From Paraglomus brasilianum (lineage: Eukaryota), in NCBI GenBank assembly GCA_910592345.1, contig CAJVPI010000285.1, positions 1-36,795 of the forward strand: a DNA stretch of 36,795 nucleotides. Reading direction: 5' to 3'. The notes below the pieces were generated by a model that did no database searches, was not told the origin of the DNA, and worked only from the letters and a program-made list of their open reading frames with translations. The translations under genes were made by a program, and so were the position numbers. Shown one piece after another: positions 10,808-23,269 of this stretch. The number at the start of each line of letters is the position of its first letter. The first letter of the stretch is position 1.

Positions 10808-13312
10808 ACCCCAATACTTAATAAGAGTATCATTCTATCACTTACATCTTACATGTTAGTAAATTCCCTTATCCAATCTTACCAATCTCCCACCGAACCT
10901 TTTCTTCATCCTACTCGGAAACAGTTCGCGTGTAACTGCATTAATCCATTTCCAGAAAACTATCGTCCAATATCTAGAAGTCCGTTTGCCAACTCCTGAC
11001 GCGCAGTCTGGAGAATACATTCCACATAAGAACAAGGTGGAAACAGACAGGGGGTTCTATACACCTTCTAATCGCAACTAACTGTACAATCTGACTGTTT
11101 ACGGATAATATCATGTATTTAATACCGCTAATTACTTGTTTATACTTTATTGTTATCGGTCTTTGCGACCGTTTCTCTATATCACAAGGTCCAACGTTGT
11201 GCGTTCAACCACCCAATCAAAAAAGAAAAGGAAGAGAAAAAAAAAAAAAAGAAGAGGAGCCAAGCAATGAAAGATGAAAGGGCAATGAAGAACACACAGG
11301 TAACAGTGATAGGCATACATGATACATGTGAATTACTGACTGATGTTCAATTATAAACTTTAATATATCTATTAATGATTATGGCTCGGATCACAAGTTG
11401 TGATATTGCTCGAACATCGATTTACGGTTAAAAAACTTTGTATAGACATCATGTATGACAATTCAACTGTAAATTAGCAAACATCACACTGCTTAATTTA
11501 TACAATGAATCATATTCTGTTTATCCGTTCTGTTATTCATCTATTGTTATCGGCGTCCAATCAGCATTTTACCTTCTTCTGCCTTGTCTGCTGAAAATTC
11601 TTTGTATTCGTTCTATTTCCCCCTCCCTTGTCTTCGGCAATACTAACATGTCGATATATTATGTTATGGTGCGATGTTGTACAAAAGTTCAGTCCCCCAT
11701 AATTTATAATAATAACTGATTAGTGATACTATTACTTTGTTCACAGACAATCATTGTCGTTGTCTCTGCCAATTATTTCTGTGTCTCATCTCTTTGTTCA
11801 TTGCTTCAAGGCGTCGTTGTCCTCAAATACACCAGCCATTCATTGTCATCAATCTCAAGTTTCTTGTCATCCGGTTCACTATATCATTAATTCCATTCCA
11901 CTTGTTTCCAACTTTACAAACAAGCCTGTTTAATTTGCAATTTTTTGACAACGAAGACAACGGATCAGTATGATAAGTTAATTGATGAATAATCCGTTCA
12001 ACCGTTTCATTCCTATGGAATGCATGTCGGTGTCTGTATTTTGTAGCTTGTGCTAATTATCACTCTTATGTAACAGACCTTTTCAATTATATAATATGGT
12101 GGGTTCTATGTAATCTATCGGCGGATGCAATATCACAATAGTAAATAGCAGCAAATGCCAATTTTATGAGCAGCAATTTTGTGTGCGTGGTGGCGACCTT
12201 TGAGCACATGGATTCCGAGTGGCTTCTCCCGCATCTGCTTGCACTGATGCACAGCATAAAAGTATGCTCGCCACTTTCCATCTTTTTTACATCTCTTATC
12301 TACAGCTATCTTGTGAAACCAAACATAGCTGGATTGACACCTAATATCACATACAATACGAACAATTAAGTTACTAATATAAATAATGATGTCGCAATAG
12401 GTTAAGGTATGAATCTAATAATAGTTGCAACAACCTTTTTCCGCAGATACATGTGGAATAACAACTAATTTTCTGTAATTTGATGTCATCTTGTATGCAC
12501 TATGCTGTGTTATGCAACAAGCTGAATGACAACTACAGATGGGGGGTGTGTGTTATCGTTATAGTAAACGCCCCAACTAATGTAATGTTCTAAAGTTAAA
12601 CTTTCCCATGGTACTTATTCTTATATACCCAGGCTTACTATTTCATTTTTAGCTTATTCAGCGCAGCTATATTTAGTGTTTGCGAGTATACTTCAATCGT
12701 AAAAAGTATCTCTTTATCATACTAACATGCTTGCTTCATCTTTTATTTAGAGAAAAGCTATATTAACTTAGGAAACCTATTCGATTTTAAGTTGTACAAC
12801 ATAAACTATCGAATCGTCTTGGACTATGGTAATTTGCATAAAGTAATTAAACTTATCTGGTTAGATACAAAGAGTTCGTTTTTTCAACTTATTCTTACCC
12901 TCTATCTTGCGTTGATGTATGCAGTCTTATTAGAACATGGACCTGTCTTTCCCTTCTTATCCTTTTCTGGTATCTTTCTTGATTACCCAATTTAACTTTT
13001 AAGTGTCTCTTCCTCTTTTGTCGAATTGGATTGTTTTTCTTTTTTACTGTTATAGTAGTCCTCTGTTTTGTGGTTAACGTTCTCAACACCAGCGACAATT
13101 AATATCAAATTTTCCAGATAAAAAGCGAATCTCTACTTATTTGCGAAAAATAAGTGAACAGCAAACGGCATCAGCACGATCAATCAAAGCAAGGTGTTTG
13201 CAAAACCTTGGATCTACAACTATTTAAATGTTATCGTTATAAAAACGGCATACTTCATTAATGGTATACTTAGTTACCATAATACAAGAATTATCTGGTA
13301 CGTTTAATTTAT

Positions 13313-13560
13313 CTAACGAAGGTGAATGGCATTATAAGATGGTTTAACTAATAATATTAATATGTTTATTAAAAATCTATCATCAGTCAAATCAAAGCTG
13401 GACAACTGTCTACATATTAACACATCTACTGCTTTCTGATAATGTAGAAGTAGAACTTTGACCATATCTCGTGTAGTAGTCATCAAGTTGACCAGCGAAA
13501 TAGCAGTGATTTGGAAAGTTATTAATACTGCATAATTTATTAGCAACTTTCAGTTATTAT
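13313..13560 (-). mobile_element. Degenerate hAT-superfamily transposase fragment (putative)
   Basis: Minus strand reads KLCSINNFP...ST**-TTRDMVKVLLLHYQKAVDVLICRQLSSFDLTDDRFLINILILLVKPSYNAIHL, resembling the hAT segment TRWNST.DML...KAID...L.LS..EW..I..L..ILKPF..AT. It has stops and frameshifts. Confidence 0.5.
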
Positions 13561-16072
13561 CGCACTAATTCAAGTTATAAACCATTGAACACGTCTTCAC
13601 CAAATTTTTGTCAATAAAAACCTGATCACACTTGAATTGTATTCGAAGACCATGGAATCAGTTTAATGATCTCGTCAAACAAATAACTTCTTTTTTGTTA
13701 ATGACTGTCCGCTTATTATTTCTCTTCACAATCGAACTTGATAGATTATACATATACCGCAGATTGTTTTTCTTTATTAATTGATTATATTTTTGTACGT
13801 GTAACATATTATCACAAGCCGGGACAATCAATTAGTTACAGTATTTTGTAGTTTACCCGTACAAGTTAGGCTATCGCTTTTAATGGGTCATCCCTTTCAA
13901 TCTCGTGATCACTTGGTTTTTTTTTGTATCTCACCGAAATAGTAGAAGAAAGAAGCTTCTATTTGAAGATGTGCATCGGTTGACAAGCCGAGCTCCAACG
14001 TCATTAAGATAAGAAGAGCATGGACTAAACAAGTTTATTATTATTCAGTTCTGTGAATGTCATTGTAATCCTATGGACATGTATAATCTGACAGCACAAG
14101 CTTCCATTAAAGTAAAAAGCCTTAGAGGAACAGGATAGCTGGATGCTTCGAAAATTTAAGGCAATAAAGGAAATCGGTCACGATATAAGGATATAATTAG
14201 ATTACTAAAGTGAATGTGATATAACGCTTAAGAGTTGTCCATTCGAAGACTTTGACCTGTGAATGTCAATCTGAACATCAATGCCTATTATCGTTATGCA
14301 TAAAGAATAACTTTTTTTTATACAATTATCAATTTATCATAAAATAGAGCATTAGGAGTAAGCAACTCCTAAAAAGATAATGAACTTTCCACTACAAAAT
14401 GTTCTTTGCTAGAACCCAAAGCTTCTTTGTTGACAGTAAACATTTAAATTGTAGACAGATAATGTGGCCAGTAAAGAGATTGGTTCATCTGTTAAGCGAT
14501 TACATTGTACATGCTTTATGCAATCTCGACCTATAGCGAACTTCATTCATAGAAGTGTCTTTCGAGAACGTTCTAAGGAATCTCGTGTGACATGTAAATG
14601 CTTAACAATACTCAAATATGTTACCATTTCTAATTTTACACTGTCCGTTGTTGTAATAGCGCAATTCTAATTATTTATTCGCACATGTTTTCGAATGTAG
14701 ATCAATGCTTCATATAGCATTCACGACTACAACGATTGTTCTAGACAGACTATCACTAATTTTAATATAACAAAGACAGTTACTACAGCTATTGGACTAC
14801 TTACTTACTTTGTTTAATCGTGATATGTAATACATCACACCCATTTACATGCATATGATCAATCAATTGAAGCGCTTCCAACTATCATACTCAGGTGCAC
14901 CGAGTCTGTATCAGGAACTCTCCGATCACGACATGCCGTGTTCATGATTGTCTTGTTATACGACCAGCTCTTAAAAATATTCATGCAGTCAACCAGTCTC
15001 TTTATCCTTCAATGTGATAAAACAGATTCTAATTGAGAAAGACATAACCAATGGATTATAATTATCGTTGAGTGTGACGAGTCGGAAAAAAAAAGTCGTA
15101 TACCGGGTATCTACAAAACTGACTATAACATCATAATACGAGGACTCCAAACCGTGATGCCGGTAATTCAAAAAATCAACATTTGCCTGGTGAAAGTTAT
15201 TGCTCATCCGCTCTTTCTAACAATGTTTCCAGCAGGGACTCGAAACTTTCTTAAACAGAAAACCTTAAATCTACTAGACTATAAATACTTTGATCCACAG
15301 AAAGATATAGAGACAGGTATTTGTATTTCTGTTAAATAACCGCAATGCACAGAACAACATGGATGAAAGTCAAAAAATATTTCTGAAGTTGTGAATTAAC
15401 TTCCCAAAGACAACAAATTTAGTTCAATCATAAGAATAATAAGTAAATTAAAAGTTTTTGATGCTGAGAAGTTTGTAAGAATTTACGGTTAACATCAAAC
15501 AATTAACATAGTTACTCCTGTGGGATTCATCAACTATTTTTTGTACATAGAAACTTATTTTGTTATTCTAATCCCATTGACGAACTAAGCATAGGGAATT
15601 AGAGAGTTTATCATTATATTGTCAATGTTAATTTAAGAGACTTGTATTGCTTTCGTAAAAATTGTAAAAAAGCATCACTTTTTAGAAGCTCTTGATTTAA
15701 AAAGTTCTGGTCTACTTCCATCAATAATGACACAGTCCTGGGCATCTAATTGTATCTGAAAGACGTTGAAATGGCGTATACAGATTTTTGAATCTGCCCA
15801 AACATCCATTGAGGAATCAAGAAGCCTAGCAGTAATCCATCTGAAACTCCACAGTCCTCAGGCCCATTGACTTCAAGCAAAAAGAAATTGAGAACTGATT
15901 ATTATCTATTATATATTTATTCTAGTTTGTTGTTTTTCTTTGCAACTGCACTTTCTGCGACTTGCTAAGGGTAAACAATAAAAAGAAAAGAGGAAAAAAA
16001 GATTTTATCTAAAGACACTATTAGTATATGTACATATTAATATACGAGACATATTCGCATATTACGTTACCA

Positions 16073-17454
16073 CTATATGTTAGCCAGCGGGTCTTCATTT
16101 ATATCTATTGGATCTTCTTCAATCCCAATTTCCTCCTGCAGAGTTAAGGCTATTGAGCTTTTTGCGAATAACATGTGCAGATTAACAAATGTAGCATTCT
16201 ATCACATACAGTAAATTCTTGTGGTTTCTGTGGAATGTATTCCATAAGTGTTTTAAAGATATCGTCAAACTAAAGTTGGAGAACATAATACGCGCACTTG
16301 TGAGAAAAATTATAAAGATTCGGCAATAGTAATTCACGTATAATCCTGACCAGTTTCTTTCGCTGTTTCCAGAACTTTCGATTCATTTCATACGAAGCAT
16401 CTATTCTCTTTCTGTCATCATTCGACACTTGCTTTGTGCCTGACCTCAGAATATTCAATCGCTCCTCATTTCTTCCATTCTGAATTAGAAACAAGTCATT
16501 CAGTTGAGAAACAAGAAAAGTCTAATTTATCAAAAATGATAATATAGTCAAATAACGATTATAACACTTATAATACCTCGTCTTCCAAGGTCTTCAATCT
16601 TGTTTTGAAAGACGTGTTAGATTTTTTTTTTACATAAATAATCACCTGGTCCAGGAATTTATCAACTCACCTTTCTTTAATTTGCTTGTTTGTCAGAGAA
16701 TTATTTAATCCATTCAGCACTGACATAAATCGCCGAGTTAGTGCTTGACGCGAAGGAATGACGTACCACGCCCCCATAGTGGTAACAAACGCACTCGCCA
16801 ATGACTAAATTGATATGAATATACACCTAATTGAAGTTGCTTATTTTTCTCCGCGTACTCCATAATCTCTGTTTTCAATGTATTTATCTTCGCATCCATC
16901 GAAGCCAAGTCATCAGACGATGGTAATTCAAATTGGTTCTGGGAAGTAACGTAACAATGAATAATAATAAAATTAGCGATTGAAACCACTCTTCCGATAC
17001 AGATTATCCGTAATAGCATTCATAATGTTCTTGTAGGCAGTATTCCGCAGCACCAATGTCCAATGTCCAGTACCTGGTTTATAACGTAAACCGATTGCTT
17101 CCCATACGGCTTATGTGTCACATCACCTTTTTCTGCAAGAGTATTTAGCGCTTTCTGAGCTATAGTTTTCGTTATCGCTCCATGCAAGTTGTTGACAATG
17201 TCAGCTAACAAATTCGTAAGAAGAAAATTAGAAATTCACGCCTCACACTTCAGTCTATATTGCTTTGAAATGGCATGTCACTCACTAGCACTATAAGGAC
17301 GATTCTGCTTCCGTAGATAGTCTAGAACCTGCTGTTCTGCTGCTCGTGCGAATAGCATGTCAGTATATTGAAAACAAGGCTATGTATAATGTAAAAGTTT
17401 GGGCAACATACCACCGTCTGCCTTTGCACTAGGCGTTTTCTTCTGCTTTGCCAT
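16073..17454 (-). CDS. HOP2: Homologous-pairing protein 2 (Hop2/TBPIP/PSMC3IP), 9 exons
   Basis: Spliced: MAKQKKTPSAKADG|AEQQVLDYLRKQNRPYSA|TDIVNNLHGAITKTIAQKALNTLAEKGDVTHKPYGKQSVYVINQ|NQFE...|VLNGLNNSLTNKQIKE|RLKTLEDE|NGRNEERL...WKQRKKL|FDDIF...|EEIGIEED...*. QNRPYS, YGKQ.VY, W.KRKK and E.GIE.D are Hop2 signatures. Confidence 0.93.
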
Positions 17455-17524
17455 AGAATGTTGACAAAACTCAATGAGACGCGAGGTTGTATTGACACGT
17501 CAAGTACATATGATGTTGGTACTA

Positions 17525-17585
17525 CAACGTGACGCTTTAAAAACACTGGGATGATATAATAATAAAAAATGACAGCGTCACGTTG
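17525..17585. repeat. Perfect 12-bp inverted repeat in the GCP6-HOP2 spacer
   Basis: caacgtgacgct (17525-17536) and agcgtcacgttg (17574-17585) are exact reverse complements with a 37-bp AT-rich spacer. Confidence 0.9.
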
Positions 17586-17600
17586 CTATAGATCATTATT

Positions 17601-20600
17601 TTATTTATTTATTTTCTCTGCCAATTCACGCTCTACTATTTCTTTATAATACCCATTGAAATCTACTCTTAACAATAATGCCTGTAAGAATCCCTCACCG
17701 GGAGTATATGATTCAGATCTCTTGTTACTAGGCAGGCCAGTCTTGTTGACACGTCCCCCTCCTTTCTCATCAAGTGCAGCAAGAATCTTCACTAGCATTG
17801 CTGTGTATAGTCTAAACTTTTCATACAGCGTTTCTACCTGTTGATCGCCCTCATCAACCCCATCTCTATTATGACTTCTCACATTTAGTAATCTTGCAAA
17901 TGCCAAAATAACAACTAATATTGCATTAACTACTTTCATTATCGGTTCCTGCTTGGGCTTTAGCAGACACAGAAATACCATTCTATCCAACATCTTCTCA
18001 TGATATATCTTCAGCGTATCTAAATCCTTCACATTACAACCATCATCTCCATCATTCCACCCATCATCTTCCATTTCCATCTCACTGTTTGCGCCATCTA
18101 CTTCAAACTCTTTTGCCTTATTGTCCAACTTTTTCATGAACAAATTCCACGTCGAGTCAATGGCAACATCGAATATATAACATTGTAGAGCGATTATGAA
18201 TTGATGTGATTCGAACCGGAATTTCTGAGTTGTTATGTGGGAAGTGGTACACATCGAGCGAGTGTGAGAAATACGGTAGATATGACATACAACTGAACCT
18301 AGTCGTAGGATACGCAAGAGTAATGTAAATATCAGGTTGTACTTGACGAGATGATCTGGTGTTATTAGCACGTTAATGGGGTATGGTGGCCTGTAATCGA
18401 GGTAGAGAAAATCGAGTGCTTCTAATGCTGCGAACGAAAATAAAAAGAAAGAAAGAAACGAGTCAGATATGTTTAACAACCGAAACATTACGTTAAACAT
18501 TCAATACTACCATTTGGATCTTTGCAGACTTCCCATTCTTCATCGTCCTTAATCCCAAACATAAGCATATTATCCAATCCTACAATGTCTCCTCGGGTTA
18601 TCTCTTCACTCCCCCATCCTCCTCCCTTCATCACATTTTCCACAACAACAGCCTTCAAAGCCATCCTTAACTCCGCCCCCACTGGCGGCCATGTCCTCCT
18701 GCTGTTCATACTCATGCCCAACCCAATCCCTGCTCTTTTTCTGCTCGTTGCAACGCCAGTATCGATTCCATGATCAACACTGTCTGCAAATAGTGCGTCT
18801 GAAAGATCATTCATAAACGTAGTATTTCCCATAAGCAGGTATTCTCGCAATACTTTGAGATGAGAACGGAGAGATAGATCGCGAAAGAAGAATGACAGGA
18901 TGGACATGTTAACTAACCGACACTGGGCTAGAAGTGCGTGAGATAAGACTAATTCTCTTACTGTCGTTATTGGAGACGATGGTGGCGAAGAATATGAGGA
19001 TAACAAATGTTTTAGGAGAGCTAGTGTTGACGTTTTGGTAACTGGAGGTGTTCCTGGGAGGCCTGTGAACGACATTGAGAGGATAGAGGACGGGGACGGC
19101 GGTATTATTTTATCTAATAGATCGTTCGATCTGTTTGATTGAAACAAACGATGATTCGGACAACAGTCATGCAACAATCTTAAAGCCTTTCCAGCTTCCA
19201 TGATGTCACGTGTTATTTCGGCAGAAATGAACGTTGGCGGAGGGTTCTTTTTGCTTATCTATATAATAATCAATAAAAATGATAATACATATGTCATCAG
19301 CATTCCCGCTAATAGATAACGGTATTCCCTCTTACAATCCTAAATTCGATTTACCTGCGCATTCATCCACTCGTTTCCCTTCTCGCCGTTATCTTCCTTG
19401 TCCCCTCTCTCAATGAAGAATTCTCCCCACTCGTCCTCACATCCCTCCTTTCCTGAACCCCATATTAATGCTAATCCATTCTCCGAATCCAACCCAATCC
19501 ATGCATTCATCATCTGCAAATATGGATGATAACACTGTGCAAAAAGAGAGAGAAGAATAGACTTGAGGAATGGTGAAGTATTGCTAGCGATCGGTGATAT
19601 TAGAGAATACAGAGAGGAGAGAAGAAAAGAGCCAAATGGAATGTAAAATCCTTCAGTCGAGTGTTGGGATAAGTTTTCTTTAGGAAGGCAAAGGAGAGCA
19701 GAATTGGAGATGTCCTATTGATAGCACAGAATGAAGAAATTAGATTCAATTGTATTAAACCTTTATGATGCAATGTATCTTATAGCTTACACAACAACAA
19801 AATACAGCCAGTTTCTCGAGTACAAGTGATGATTCGTCAAGTATATGATATAACTCCATCAGATTGATATTGTCGATTCCCCCCAATTGCTCCATTAATG
19901 CCACAATGGCAGACCTAATATGCAGCAGACAGGCGGATAGAGAGCGTCCAAATGCCAATCCAACCAAGCCATATAATCTTTGATTACGATTGGAGTGAAA
20001 ATACTGTTCAGATGTTATATTACGATATTTGGACGGAGAATCAATAAATACCTCGGATTTTTCTCGCATCTTGAAGCGACGTTATCCAGACGATTCAAGT
20101 GAGTTCCAAATGCTAAAAAGCGTGTCAACGATCTTTATGACAAGTACAGTAAATAGAATAAAGTGTTATTAATGTTTGCGTTGATATGCTTATTAGAACA
20201 TCACGCGTATGTCCGTTTAAATATCTTTCCTTGACCTCTAGTACGTAAATTACCAGGAACAAAAGCATTTACATATTCATACTCTTTGCACTGCATCCAT
20301 CGATGCGTATCTGTTTCTCTCTCGAAGTAAATTCCCTTTTCTCTTCATTATAAACAAAGGTCTTAGAGGATAGTCCGAGAATCAAACTACAGATATCCTA
20401 GTTCAGATACATCATAATTACAGACAATGAGTGACAAGCTACAATCGAGAAGTAATAATGTGTCTAATCAACTTTTGATATCAAACTAGTGTTCAATGTA
20501 AACCAGAGTTTTGACCCCAATTCTATCTATCTCTCTCTGTTTTTTCTTTCTTTGTACTCTACTAGATACTATATATTAAACGGTCATATTCATACCTTCA

Positions 20601-20925
20601 TCAGACATTCCCGCGAAAGAACCGTTTCGCCTCCATCAAAAGAGTGTCCGTGATAGAAATGGAATTTGAATAGAGTCTCGTATGTCGAAAGTGGTTGTTC
20701 TGTTATGTATGCAGTGGGAACCGGTGCATAGGAAGGAGAGTAAGTTGTGTCCCACGATAAGAGCTGTCCCTATATTAGGTAGACATTGGTTAACTAAAAG
20801 GATCAATTATTATAGACATAATTCTTAATGTGAGAGACGTGGCCGATTTAAACCTGCTTGACTTCACTTTGCACTCTTTCCCATATGCTTTCTTCACATC
20901 CTTCCATGTTCCATTGATCTGACAT
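17601..20925 (-). CDS. Gamma-tubulin complex component, Spc97/Spc98 (GRIP) family, GCP6/Alp16-like
   Basis: Multi-exon. GRIP motifs PTFIS...IMEAGKALRLL, FFRDLSLRSHLKVLREYLLMGNTTFMNDLSDALF, ALDFLYLDYRPPYPINVLIT...KYNLIFTLLLRILR, YHEKMLDRMVFLCLL and LLLRVDFNGYY. The start at 20925 (MSDQWNME...VKQ|GQLLSWD) is a best guess. Confidence 0.85.
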
Positions 20926-21092
20926 GCTGAAGCAGAAAGGGTAATGATGAGAATATCGATTACGCGTCGTGTTGAATGCTTGCAGGTTGAGGACATCACG
21001 TGTCGAAGACTTAAATGTCCCTGGTTATCATTATAATTATACTGAAGAATCCCAACGATTCACGTGACTTACATATTGTTGCTCATGCAAAC

Positions 21093-21244
21093 GAAGAATT
21101 CTTCAGTGTTTGAGTTCGATCCTGTTGAACTAGCAGAAGATTTTAATTGAGCGATATATCATCACAGACCTAGTTGTGCAAGGGAAGAATTCTTCGTGAA
21201 AAATTGTATTTTTTTCTTCTTCAGTGTTTGAGTTTGATCCTGTT
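21093..21244. repeat. Short local duplication containing the palindrome GAAGAATTCTTC
   Basis: gaagaattcttcagtgtttgagttcgatcctgtt (21093-21126) recurs split into gaagaattcttc (21184-21195) and ttcttcagtgtttgagtttgatcctgtt (21217-21244). Confidence 0.8.
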
Positions 21245-22208
21245 TGTCTCATTTAATATTGACAGTCAAACTTTTTAGTAGCACTTAGCTGTAATTATAA
21301 TAAAGGTAATACCTGCTATTGTTGGCAGATAGATAAAAGACCTCTAATTCATATTACACGAAATACGCGTAAAAAACCGCCTGGTAAATTTAGGCTTAGT
21401 ATTGGGAGGAATGGACATATTAATATGAGTTGTTATCATTTGTACTGTTAAGAGGATAGTGTGAGAATTAGATTTAAACTTTATTTTCATTTAGATTAAG
21501 CATGTTAAAGTAATTTGACCAATTTCCTTTTTAGAAATAATGGCTGCAAAAATGTACTATAGCAACCCGTTATAACACAACACATCTCTAGTTCATGGTA
21601 AATAAAATACATAAAAACGACATCCGACCGTCCTCAAGAAAGAACATTTCATGCCAAGCAGAAGATTTTACCAACAGACGCCAACTGCTAGTGATCCTCT
21701 TACATCCACTAGAAAGATGGAGACCCAGAAGTTGATAAAATTAACTTTTTTTTTCTTCCGATTTAGGAAGATTGGTCAAGTGAATGAGTGTTTACATTGT
21801 TCGATGGAAAACAAAAGAGTTATTGAAATGATTGAAAGAACAGACTAAGCGATAGTCCTGTTAACAAACGGGGGGAGGAGGGGGGGGGGGGGAATGGGGG
21901 AATCTCTTTGTACAGTCTAGTGATTATCTATTTATTGAATAGCTATGGTGTCAATAATGAAAAACCCCTTTCAAAAAAAGGGAGGGTTTGAACCCTGAAC
22001 TCGTTTTTTTTTTTTCTTTTGTTCGTTGTCTGGTTTCGTTGTGGTATACATGACTACGAATCCGAGTTCAATTGTCTGTCGGAAAGGGTTATGAAACAAC
22101 AAATACCAACATCAACGTCAATATCAATACCAACAAAGGTGAAAGAGGGAGGTGCAAGAATGCAAGTGCAAGTCGAGAATGCAAACCGATAGATGCTAGG
22201 TGGGTGAG

Positions 22209-23269
22209 TCATCGGGCACCAGGCATGAACCCGCTTCCGAACTTATTTTCGCGAATCATTTCTAGTACATGTGACATTCCCATTCGACTCTATGAACAAA
22301 ATAGAAAACATACTGTCAGATACACGATAAACTATAGACCACGCGTCAATATCATTATAATTGCCATGTACATCTTTCGTATGTGGTTTCTTGCTTTCCA
22401 TATCCAGCTTCAAACAAGCCTGCTTCTCTCTTTTGAATACTAACCTTTTTGGTATTATCTGCAAACTTTCTAACCCCAAATCGCTCGATTCTCTCCGTTA
22501 ATCCCCACCCAAGTTTACTAATAATCCTCGCCTCACTTTTCACCTGCGTCTTCCCGCTATCGTTTGGATCGACTCGAAAAGTCTGCCATTCTTCCACTTG
22601 CATCATTCTTGCGTGGGTTATGTTACGCGTCAGTGTCGTCATGGTTTGGGCATGAGGATTTATTTCGGATTCTTCGAGTACGAGAGCGATTGGATTTTTC
22701 ACAAGCTTGAAGAAAAAAAGACAAGAATATAGATGAGAAACAAAACACAAAGAACCCATGTCAAAGCAACATATTCGTTCGATATAGCTAACTCGTTGAT
22801 AAACTATATTCCACACCATCTTATCATTTTAGATTTCTCACTTACCCCTCTTCCCCACTTCGGTAAAACGCTCAACCCGCCCCATTTCAATATCAATCTC
22901 GTGGTTCTTAATGTTCCCGTCTTCTGATCAACATGTCTGTCGATAACGTCGACACTTAAGACATGACTTGCAAACGGGTTAGGGTAGCGTAGCCAGAATG
23001 CTAGAGTGACGCTATCCCATGGGTAACTGATATGCATGGTTAAAGTGAGAAAGAGAGACTGGGTCAACAAGGTTTCAGAATAAAGAAATATGAATGTGCA
23101 ATAAAATGAATAGTAATAACGAATGGTACTCGAATGGCAGAACATATTCAGCGAAACGAGTGAATGATTAATAATATGTACGAATAACCTTTTACTAACG
23201 ATCTGCTTTCCTTTGAACGTTCTAATGTACTTACTCGTATTTATAAGTATGCTGATAGAACTTGACCAT
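22209..23269 (-). CDS. UPS1: PRELI/MSF1-domain mitochondrial lipid-transfer protein (Ups1/PRELID1-like), 4 exons
   Basis: MVKFYQHTYKYD|YPWDSVTLAFWLRYPNPFASHVLSVDVIDRHVD...LRTTRLILK...LPKW|...VLEESEINP...TRNITHARMMQVEE...IERFGVRKFADNTKK|SRMGMSHVLE...*. Confidence 0.9.

Noticed and set aside
14352..14372. 8-bp inverted repeat ttaggagt/actcctaa
   Set aside because: Short and isolated; expected by chance in AT-rich DNA.
14561..14573. Perfect heat-shock element TTCgaGAAcgTTC upstream of the HSF-type gene
   Set aside because: It is 5.4 kb from the ATG, and an equivalent motif (TTCcaGAActTTC) occurs inside HOP2 coding sequence near 16367; compatible with chance.
14870..15900. GC-richer, coding-like patches in the intergenic region
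   Set aside because: No recognisable motifs or consistent splice chain in any frame.
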